A stretch of DNA of 64,000 nt from a virus, in the IMG/VR virus record IMGVR_UViG_3300045988_104133, positions 22,871-86,870 of that record; one strand, 5' to 3'. This document shows, one piece after another, positions 57,644-63,956 of this stretch (position 1 is the first letter of the stretch; each line of letters opens with the position of its first letter). Below the pieces are notes generated by a model. That model saw only the letters and a program-made list of their open reading frames with translations, ran no database searches and was not told where the DNA came from. The translations under genes were made by a program, and so were the position numbers.

Positions 57644-58066
57644 ATGGTAGAAGATTATACAGTAGAAGAGTTGAATAAACTCATCAATGAGTGCCGGAAG
57701 AAGTACGAAAAGCTAGAAAAGGAGACCGTTATGAAGGCTCTGACTGGCGAGATTGGTACGAACTCCGCAATGGTGGAGGAGTTGGAGATACTCAACATCC
57801 ACTATCACGACGAAATGGATGAGTACGATATCACTGCACCTGACCTGAATCCAGATCTTATCGAAAACTTCAAGAAGGCAGAGCGTGATGGCAAGAACGT
57901 CATCTTCGAGGCACAGGAATATCTTAAGATTCTGGGAATGTGCGAAGAGATGTTCAACCAGAAGATGTGGGTCAACGAAGATGGCCACATATGCGATGAA
58001 GAAGGTAATAGACTTTCCGCCGACAGAGAACATCGTGTTTTCGAAGTTGTTAAGTGCGGGAAATAA
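57644..58066 (+). CDS. Acidic hypothetical protein (140 aa; alternative ATG at 57638)
   Basis: Track ORF with module leader. Last gene before a strong terminator. Confidence 0.7.
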   Translation: MVEDYTVEELNKLINECRKKYEKLEKETVMKALTGEIGTNSAMVEELEILNIHYHDEMDEYDITAPDLNPDLIENFKKAERDGKNVIFEAQEYLKILGMCEEMFNQKMWVNEDGHICDEEGNRLSADREHRVFEVVKCGK

Positions 58067-58082
58067 GATATTTCTAGTTTTT

Positions 58083-58106
58083 CATAGCTAGATTGTTTAA
58101 ATGATT
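58083..58106 (+). other. Degenerate inverted (anti-leader) copy of the module leader
   Basis: The reverse complement reads AATCATTTAAACAATCTAGCTATG, followed by a 2-codon ORF. Confidence 0.45.
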
Positions 58107-58108
58107 GT

Positions 58109-58143
58109 CCTCTCTTGCCCGTGAGGGTAGGAGGGGATTTTTT
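58109..58143 (+). terminator. Strong intrinsic terminator ending the early array
   Basis: About 12-bp stem, GTGA loop, then TTTTTT. Confidence 0.8.
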
Positions 58144-58231
58144 AAAACGGCCCCGATTAGCCAAAATAGGGAGCTTCGGCTCCTGCAATTATTAACAAAG
58201 CCCTATCGCATCACGGTGAAGCGAAAAGAAT

Positions 58232-58390
58232 ATGAGACAAGGTTTTTATGAGTGCATCGAGCACAATCGCAAGAATAGAAAGAAGGCTATTGATGAAATG
58301 CCTTATGCGAGCAAAGTAGTCGCTGTTGTAGGTGGCTATATGGGTTTCGAGTCTTGGGATGATTACGAAATCTGGAAAAATCAAAAATAA
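58232..58390 (+). CDS. Mini-protein (52 aa)
   Basis: Hand translation MRQGFYECIEHNRKNRKKAIDEMPYASKVVAVVGGYMGFESWDDYEIWKNQK. Second-type leader upstream. Confidence 0.5.
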   Translation: MRQGFYECIEHNRKNRKKAIDEMPYASKVVAVVGGYMGFESWDDYEIWKNQK

Positions 58391-58432
58391 GCAATTACAT
58401 TCAGCCCTCGCTATCACGGTCAAAGCAATCTT

Positions 58433-58741
58433 ATGATAACAACTAATATCAAATTCAACCGGGTTGTTGCAAAGGAAAATTTCAACAACAACAGTATCGA
58501 AGAACTGAAGAACGCTATTGAGAGAGGCATCCTTAGCGAAACAGGTCTGATTGTCGCAAGTGACATGAAAAAGGCAAAAGAAATATTGAACCCCGATGGT
58601 AGTCTTGAGATACAGAAGACCGTTGCAGGAGAAGCTATTGCCTTCCTCGCTGATGAGACCGCAGTGTCGGTAAGACTTATCCAATACAACCCTCATGGTC
58701 TTTTAAAATTCGTCTACACGATAAAAGCAACGGAAATCTGA
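58433..58741 (+). CDS. Hypothetical protein (102 aa)
   Basis: Track ORF with second-type leader. Confidence 0.65.
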   Translation: MITTNIKFNRVVAKENFNNNSIEELKNAIERGILSETGLIVASDMKKAKEILNPDGSLEIQKTVAGEAIAFLADETAVSVRLIQYNPHGLLKFVYTIKATEI

Positions 58742-58787
58742 TGTAAAACAACCCTTTAGCCCTCGACATCACGGTAAAGTCAGTAAA

Positions 58788-59090
58788 ATGGAAAATTGTC
58801 TTGAAAAAGTTGTAAAAGAGAATGGCAATATAAACTTAAACGAATTAAGTTGGAAGCAGGTCGTTGCACTCCTGAACGCCTGGAATTCCAGCTTCGCAAG
58901 AAATGAGAACACATCGTTCTCGGAGATGGTGAAGCGATGCTACAAGCCTCGTACTTGGCACGAGAATGCGAATATCATCTATTTGCATCGAAATAATCAG
59001 AAAACCACCATTCTTCCTCATGCCTGTTATAACCTCGACGAAGCAGAGGAAGATATGATATTTAATTTGCTCAAAAAGCAATTAAACTGA
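58788..59090 (+). CDS. Hypothetical protein (100 aa)
   Basis: Track ORF with second-type leader. Confidence 0.65.
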   Translation: MENCLEKVVKENGNINLNELSWKQVVALLNAWNSSFARNENTSFSEMVKRCYKPRTWHENANIIYLHRNNQKTTILPHACYNLDEAEEDMIFNLLKKQLN

Positions 59091-59112
59091 ACTCTACGGA
59101 TGCAGTAGAACG

Positions 59113-59138
59113 AAAAAGCCCCGACCTAAGCCGGGGCT
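59113..59138 (-). terminator. Intrinsic terminator oriented for the - strand
   Basis: AGCCCCG/CGGGGCT hairpin. The A5 run on the + side gives a T5 tail on the - strand. Confidence 0.65.
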
Positions 59139-59285
59139 AACACAGACCATTACAGTCTGACATCTACGATAGTAGAAATTTGCTCTTTATGAGCGTTTAA
59201 ATCCACAATTCCGAAGAATTGACCGTCAACGGAAGTTTATTTTTATTTCTATTCCATAAAGGTTCGATTAAAGTCTTCCGAAGAC
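59113..59285 (-). ncRNA. Candidate ~170-nt minus-strand sRNA
   Basis: -7 box at 59291..59298. UUCG-capped hairpins (GTCTTCGGAAGAC, CAATTCTTCGGAATTG) and CAGAC/GTCTG. Terminator with a T run on the - strand only. Longest ORF is 12 codons. Confidence 0.4.
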
Positions 59286-59290
59286 ATGTG

Positions 59291-59298
59291 CAAAGATA
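59291..59298 (-). promoter_or_regulatory. -7 box TATCTTTG
   Basis: CAAAGATA on the + strand. Confidence 0.5.
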
Positions 59299-59355
59299 GT
59301 GGATTTATTTCAGAAGACAATATTTCTTCAACAACAATTAACGAATTTAACTAAT

Positions 59356-59574
59356 ATGTACAAAGTCATAAGTACAGAATATCATTTTTATCCTCATGTC
59401 GTGCTAGAATTGCAGGATACCGCCACCAAAGAGACAAAGTGGTGGTGCTACGCTGACTTTCATGACGAGGACCTGTGCAAGGAGCTTGGGGTGAAGGACC
59501 TTACCGGTTGTACCCTTGACAAACAGCCAAGTCACGGGACCTGGATATCCAAGGAGGATATAGGGCATCTGTAA
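59356..59574 (+). CDS. Hypothetical protein (72 aa)
   Basis: In-frame ATG (MYKVISTEYHF) of track ORF 59299..59574. The upstream part overlaps the minus-strand promoter. Confidence 0.55.
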   Translation: MYKVISTEYHFYPHVVLELQDTATKETKWWCYADFHDEDLCKELGVKDLTGCTLDKQPSHGTWISKEDIGHL

Positions 59575-59591
59575 TCGCAGGTTCTCATACA

Positions 59592-59630
59592 AATAGCCGC
59601 TTATCACTTAACAGATAGGCGGCTATTTTA
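59592..59630 (+). terminator. Intrinsic terminator
   Basis: 9-bp stem AATAGCCGC/GCGGCTATT followed by a T-rich tail. Confidence 0.6.
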
Positions 59631-59851
59631 TTAAGATAACCACCAAAAAAGCAACGAAAATCACACTTTTTTCTTAAACTACGTTAATTGTAAATATTCT
59701 GTACTTTAATGAATGTTTCAATCTGCTGTTTTTACTTCGCTTGAAACATTTAGCTATATCAGTATCTTTAAAACGTTTGTCCTCACTTTTTACTTTAATT
59801 AGTACGGTTTATGGTGAAAACAGAACTATTGCACGGAATAGAAAATCGTAG

Positions 59852-59859
59852 TATCTTTG
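59852..59859 (+). promoter_or_regulatory. -7 box TATCTTTG
   Basis: Exact TAnnTTTG match followed by CAG, about 520 nt upstream of the next CDS. Confidence 0.5.
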
Positions 59860-59865
59860 CAGTGC

Positions 59866-59995
59866 TTGTTAGTAGTTGCGCACTAAGCAGCGGACATATT
59901 GAGTATATTTAAGTGATTATTCACTTCCCTATACGAAACCCTATCCAGAGTTCGGAGCGCAACACGAACAAAGGATAGGGTTTTCTTTCTTTTTC
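59866..59995 (+). ncRNA. Candidate short transcript or attenuator-type leader
   Basis: Starts after the promoter box. Ends in an ACCCTATCC/GGATAGGGT stem (with inner GTTCG/CGAAC hairpin) followed by TTTCTTTCTTTTT. Confidence 0.35.
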
Positions 59996-60340
59996 GGTCT
60001 GACAGGTAGTCTTGGTGGCTTGTCGGCTAAATACACTCGGCTACACAGACTTTAAACCCACGTCACAAGAGGTGCATGGTGACACCGCAGGAACTGAAGG
60101 CAGAAGGCGGGCAGGGCTAGGCGTACCTAGAAAGCTGCTTAGATTAGGTGCTGTACGATTTGGCAACCGATCCGACCGAAGGGGCTCATTATACTGGGTT
60201 CATGTAACTTCGAGTGGAATATTCCTACCAAGCTCTCATCGTTTCAATGACTGATGGGGGTAAGGGGGAGAACCACTCTCTCAGAGGTCTATTGCCTGTT
60301 TCATATAACCTTTTTAAAAAGGAAAATATTAATTATAAAT
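59996..60340 (+). ncRNA. G+C-rich, ORF-poor segment, candidate structured RNA of unknown class
   Basis: Hand count gives about 62% G+C at 60061..60120 versus about 17% at 60301..60360. Local hairpins at 60062..60083 and 60111..60138. Possible long-range helix 60011..60018/60222..60229. Confidence 0.3.
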
Positions 60341-60377
60341 AAGTAAACTAGTGGATAATTTTTAATATTTAAATAAT

Positions 60378-60923
60378 ATGAGTGTAAAAAACATTATTTT
60401 GGCATCAGTACTCGCAATAGTAGTACTCGCCGCAGGTTCAGTTATCGGTTGTTATTTCCATTACAACAACCAGGAAATCTCACTTCGCCAGCAGTCAGAG
60501 GCTCAGCGTGGCAAGATTGAGGGTGTTCACGACAAGATGTGGAAGGTTCTTCAGCAGAAGGCACAGGTTACGGATGAGTACAAGTCCGCATTCGAGTCCA
60601 TCTATCCGAAACTTATCGAGGGCAGATACTCAAAGGGAGACGGCTCGCTTATGAAGTGGATCAAGGAAAGTAATCCTAACTTCGACGTTTCGCTATACAA
60701 GGACCTCATGCAGTCCATCGAGATTCAGCGCTCCGAGTTTCAGACATCACAGGAGAGAATGCTCGATATCATCCGTGAGCACGAGACGCTCGTGAAGACA
60801 TATCCGGCGAAGTGGTTCGTATCTGACACCAAGCCTATCGAATACAAGGTCATCTCTTCATCCAAGACAAAGATGATCATGCAGCTTGGAGAGGATAACG
60901 ACGTAGACCTGTTCAAGAAGTAA
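60378..60923 (+). CDS. LemA-like membrane-anchored protein (181 aa)
   Basis: One N-terminal TM helix plus a ~150-aa helical domain. Architecture and sequence feel like the LemA family (recalled). Confidence 0.6.
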   Translation: MSVKNIILASVLAIVVLAAGSVIGCYFHYNNQEISLRQQSEAQRGKIEGVHDKMWKVLQQKAQVTDEYKSAFESIYPKLIEGRYSKGDGSLMKWIKESNPNFDVSLYKDLMQSIEIQRSEFQTSQERMLDIIREHETLVKTYPAKWFVSDTKPIEYKVISSSKTKMIMQLGEDNDVDLFKK

Positions 60924-60929
60924 CGGCTT

Positions 60930-62045
60930 ATGGAAATATTCATATTCCTAATCCCATTCGTGGTTGCTGCTTTCCTGTTGATTTTCTTCAGGAAGCAGAC
61001 CACCTGGTGGGAATACGCAGTACTCATTGTTCCATCCATCCTCATAGGCATCCTCATGGAGTTCGTGTTCAAGCAGTCCAATGCTGCTGACACGGAGTAT
61101 CTCGGAAGCTACGTTACAAGAATCCGTCATTACGATGCCTGGAATGAGTACATACACCGCACGTGTACAAGGACCGTTGGAAGCGGAAAGCATCAACGTA
61201 CGGAAACGTATGATTGCTCGTATGTTGACAATCACCCTGAACGTTGGACTTATTTTGATGCTAGGAACAAGGAAGAATACTTCATGACCGACAACGAGTT
61301 TAATGTAGTTAGAAAGATTCTCGGAACCCAAAGCATGTTTATTGATATGCACAGGGATTACTACACTAAGGATGGTGATGCTCAGGAATGGGCGTGGGAT
61401 GGTTCCATTGAAAACTCGTACACATTATCTTCTGAGCACGATTATAAGAATAAAGTGAAAGCCTCACGTTCTATTTTCAAGTTTGAGGATATAGATAATC
61501 AGCAGGCACGCAAGCTTGGACTATTCGAGTATCCGGATATCGTTCTTTACGACCAGAATCCCGTTCTCGGACTGAAGATCCCGAAGAATCAGGAGAAGGC
61601 GATGAGATGGCTGAACGGATACTATGGCGAGCGGAAGCAGTTTAGGGTGTTCGTCCTGTTCTTTACGAACAAGCCGGAAGAAATCGTTGAAAAGCAGCGC
61701 TCATACTGGCAGGGCGGCAACAAGAATGAGCTTGTCGTGTGCGTCGGTATTGACAAAAACAAGAATGTCAAGTGGTGCAACGCATTTTCATGGTGTGATA
61801 GCCCGGTCGTAGGCGTAAAGAGTAGAGACTGGTTTATGAGCAATCCTGTAAATCTCGAAAAGTACGCCGAGTATATCGGTCCGATTGTAGAAAAGGAATG
61901 GCACAGAAAGAACTTCGAGGATTTTGACTATCTCACAATTGAACTTACCGACGTACAGTACTGGGCCATCATTATTATCTTGCTTATATTCAATATTGTA
62001 ATGAGCTCCTGGATTGTAACCAATAATTATAAAAACGATTTGTAG
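60930..62045 (+). CDS. Membrane protein with two N-terminal and one C-terminal TM helices and a large central domain (371 aa)
   Basis: Track ORF, 6 nt after the LemA-like gene. Confidence 0.7.
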   Translation: MEIFIFLIPFVVAAFLLIFFRKQTTWWEYAVLIVPSILIGILMEFVFKQSNAADTEYLGSYVTRIRHYDAWNEYIHRTCTRTVGSGKHQRTETYDCSYVDNHPERWTYFDARNKEEYFMTDNEFNVVRKILGTQSMFIDMHRDYYTKDGDAQEWAWDGSIENSYTLSSEHDYKNKVKASRSIFKFEDIDNQQARKLGLFEYPDIVLYDQNPVLGLKIPKNQEKAMRWLNGYYGERKQFRVFVLFFTNKPEEIVEKQRSYWQGGNKNELVVCVGIDKNKNVKWCNAFSWCDSPVVGVKSRDWFMSNPVNLEKYAEYIGPIVEKEWHRKNFEDFDYLTIELTDVQYWAIIIILLIFNIVMSSWIVTNNYKNDL

Positions 62046-62048
62046 CGT

Positions 62049-62519
62049 ATGAAAGAAAGATTAAAAATGATTTTCGACCGCATCGACATCTTCGTCGTGT
62101 GCATTGTCTTCGGGTGCTGCCTCACTGTAGCGGAGGTATTCATAGGAACCTGGGGATGGTTTGTTCTTTTGTTTATAATGACTTCCCTTATTACTGAAGT
62201 CTGCTACACCCTCCGCTGTAACGAGAAGCTGAAAATAGAGCTGATAGAGACAAAGGAAAATCTGAAGAAGGCTGAGAAAGAGTCGGATACTGCAAACCAT
62301 CAGATCGTCAAGAAGAGTAGAATTATCCGATTCTACGTCTTACTGGAAATGTTGTGGAGGGAGAGATGGACATGCGAACACGCAAAGGTTAATTACTGCA
62401 AGCACAGGATAACATTGAGACAACTTATCGATGCGATGAATCATTCCGATAAGAGGTGTGATGAGATTTCCAATAAAATCTCTGAGCTTACCAAGGATTT
62501 GAACGAACTCGATAAATAG
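62049..62519 (+). CDS. Membrane protein with two TM helices and a coiled coil (156 aa)
   Basis: Track ORF, 3 nt after the upstream gene. Confidence 0.65.
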   Translation: MKERLKMIFDRIDIFVVCIVFGCCLTVAEVFIGTWGWFVLLFIMTSLITEVCYTLRCNEKLKIELIETKENLKKAEKESDTANHQIVKKSRIIRFYVLLEMLWRERWTCEHAKVNYCKHRITLRQLIDAMNHSDKRCDEISNKISELTKDLNELDK

Positions 62520-62540
62520 ATACTTGTCACAAAACAACTT

Positions 62541-62574
62541 TCCCCACGCCATCGGCAAATGACGTGGGGATTTT
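62541..62574. terminator. Terminator hairpin between convergent genes
   Basis: TCCCCACG/CGTGGGGA stem followed by TTTTCTTTG. Confidence 0.65.
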
Positions 62575-62579
62575 CTTTG

Positions 62580-63758
62580 TTAACCGTTCAGATAGTCGAT
62601 GACTTTTCGGTTCGCCTCGTCTATCTTCTTATTGTCGAACTGAATATAGAGGTCGGTGGTGGATGAATCCCATTCACTATGGCCCAGAGCCTTGCCGATA
62701 ACTTCCTTCGGAATATCGATGCTCGCAGCTATGGTAGCCCAGCTTCTTCTGGCCGTATACCATACTATGTCCTTGTGGAGCGGTTTGATTTCTTTCTTGA
62801 TCAAGGCGCCACGCTTGTTTTTCTTCATTTCTGTTGGTCCGATTCTCTTCAGGTAATCTCCTAGCGTTCTTCGGAAGCTTGATTCCTTCGTTCCGTCATC
62901 CAGGATACACAGAAGATGCTTTTTTCCCTTATACTTCTTGATGATTTCCATCGCTTCCGGCTCAACCTTGATGTCGTAGAGTCTGCCGGTCTTGTTGCGC
63001 TTGTATTGAATGCGCCCTTTCTTGATGCAGTCGGCAGGAAGTTCGAGCAGGTCGGAGAGGTTGATGCCTATCAGATAGAACCCGAGCATAAACAAGTCAC
63101 GGTACTTCTCCATGAAAGGTTCAACCGGAAAGTCGCGATACTCCCTCATCTCCTCGGCGCTCAGATACAGGTACTGCTGACGCTCCGTCTTGATGGAGAA
63201 CTTACGAAAAGGGTATTTGGTCGTAATCTCGTTATCTATGGCCCAGTTGAACACCGTACGTATGTTTCTGAGGTCGATGGCTATTCCACCACTCATACGA
63301 CCCTTCAGAAGCTCGTGTGCCTGGAATCGTTCAAGCCAGTCCCTGTCGATGTTGTCGAAGTCGGCATGTTCATCGAAGGATTCAATCCTCTTCCTCGTTC
63401 TTAGAAATATCTCCTTGGTACTATCCTTAGCCTTGGTCTTGATGAACTCATCGATGTAGTAGAGGATATTCTTCTCTACCGATGCAGCCCTTCCGTTGAT
63501 GATGGCTTTGATTTCGTCCTTCATCCTTGCTGCCGGAAGATCACAATTCATATAAACATATTCTTCCACGGACGCAAATAGCCTTGCTAGCATGGCCGTC
63601 TTGGCTCTTGCGTTCGGAACACTCTTCGGGAATACCATCCCGCTGAACTTGACGGTACTCGTGATGCCGGTATAGACCTGGAATCTCTTACCGTTGTAAC
63701 TTATGATGAAGAAAACCTTCAGTGACTTTCCTTCAACGTATATCTTGATGCTATTCAT
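62580..63758 (-). CDS. int: Tyrosine integrase (392 aa), Bacteroidetes phage-integrase type
   Basis: WYTARRSWATIAA ... ALGHSE ... TDLYI catalytic pattern with a long N-terminal arm-binding/SAM-like region. Adjacent to the tRNA 3' end. Confidence 0.85.
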   Translation of the reverse strand: MNSIKIYVEGKSLKVFFIISYNGKRFQVYTGITSTVKFSGMVFPKSVPNARAKTAMLARLFASVEEYVYMNCDLPAARMKDEIKAIINGRAASVEKNILYYIDEFIKTKAKDSTKEIFLRTRKRIESFDEHADFDNIDRDWLERFQAHELLKGRMSGGIAIDLRNIRTVFNWAIDNEITTKYPFRKFSIKTERQQYLYLSAEEMREYRDFPVEPFMEKYRDLFMLGFYLIGINLSDLLELPADCIKKGRIQYKRNKTGRLYDIKVEPEAMEIIKKYKGKKHLLCILDDGTKESSFRRTLGDYLKRIGPTEMKKNKRGALIKKEIKPLHKDIVWYTARRSWATIAASIDIPKEVIGKALGHSEWDSSTTDLYIQFDNKKIDEANRKVIDYLNG

Positions 63759-63761
63759 ACT

Positions 63762-63847
63762 TACTCACAGATTTTACTCACAGATTTTACTCACAATTTT
63801 ACTCACAACTCAATTTTACTCACATATTACTCACAAAACTAATCACA
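63762..63847. repeat. Seven direct repeats of TACTCACA (last copy TAATCACA) with 11-17 nt spacing
   Basis: Copies start at 63762, 63775, 63788, 63800, 63817, 63828 and 63840, between the integrase start and the tRNA. Confidence 0.85.
63834..63841 (-). promoter_or_regulatory. -7 box TAGTTTTG for the integrase
   Basis: CAAAACTA on the + strand inside the repeat array, about 75 nt upstream of the integrase start. Confidence 0.4.
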
Positions 63848-63956
63848 TTGGCGTACATTATGCACGATTTTGTACCTATTTTGTGTGTGAAAATGATGAT
63901 TTTTGATTATGTTTTTATAGTGAAAAACGATGTAAGTGGCTGATTATCAATACTAG

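Larger units (their letters stand above)
45836..57646 (+). repeat. Array of about 25 conserved intergenic junction modules: stop in (T)AGCC(A/T)AA, a GC hairpin, (T)TAACCA(A/T), 7-13 nt A/T, then (A)GA(A/T)T(T/A)ATG
   Basis: The module ends at ATGs 45861, 46152, 46358, 46694, 47086, 47311, 47652, 47980, 48188, 48426, 49375, 49772, 50064, 50658, 51530, 51840, 52217, 52496, 53542, 54072, 54831, 55330, 55959, 56561 and 57644. Confidence 0.85.
58199..58779 (+). repeat. Three copies of a second leader motif AGCCCT-N4-5-ATCACGGT-(N)AAAG
   Basis: Copies at 58199..58221, 58403..58425 and 58758..58779, each 7-11 nt before an ATG (58232, 58433, 58788). Confidence 0.8.
1..63956. mobile_element. Temperate siphovirus-like phage/prophage (Bacteroidota-type host); left end is outside the window, right end abuts a tRNA gene
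   Basis: Lysis, tail, head, packaging and replication modules are all present, plus two tyrosine recombinases and an integrase next to a tRNA 3' end. Many TAnnTTTG promoter boxes. Confidence 0.85.

Noticed and set aside
45836-57646. Integron-like cassette array with attC sites
   Set aside because: The conserved flanks (AGCCAAA and TTAACCAA) are direct, not the inverted RYYYAAC/GTTRRRY cores of attC. The recombinase is co-oriented inside the array rather than divergent at its head, and no attI/Pc arrangement is visible.
45836-57646. Reading the module as a sigma70-type promoter (TTAACC as -35, AATTAT as -10)
   Set aside because: The spacing between the two blocks is only about 8-13 nt. The -10-like block overlaps the start codon, so transcripts would lack the ATG. 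It also does not match the Bacteroidota TAnnTTTG consensus.
58211-58696. 161-aa minus-strand ORF
   Set aside because: It is opposed by three plus-strand ORFs that each have a conserved leader motif. It would run against the local transcription direction and into a plus-strand terminator.
60012-60254. 80-aa ORF (TTG start) in the G+C-rich segment
   Set aside because: Non-ATG start, an Arg/Gly-rich translation typical of a random frame in G+C-rich DNA, and no leader. Treated as noncoding.
59996-60340. Known structured RNAs (tmRNA, RNase P RNA, SRP RNA, TPP or cobalamin riboswitch)
   Set aside because: None of the hallmark sequences I checked by eye is present: the GGTTCGA T-arm with CCA end, GAGGAAAGTCC, the SRP GGAA/AGCA motif, CTGAGA...ACCTGA, and the B12 box. 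The class remains unknown.
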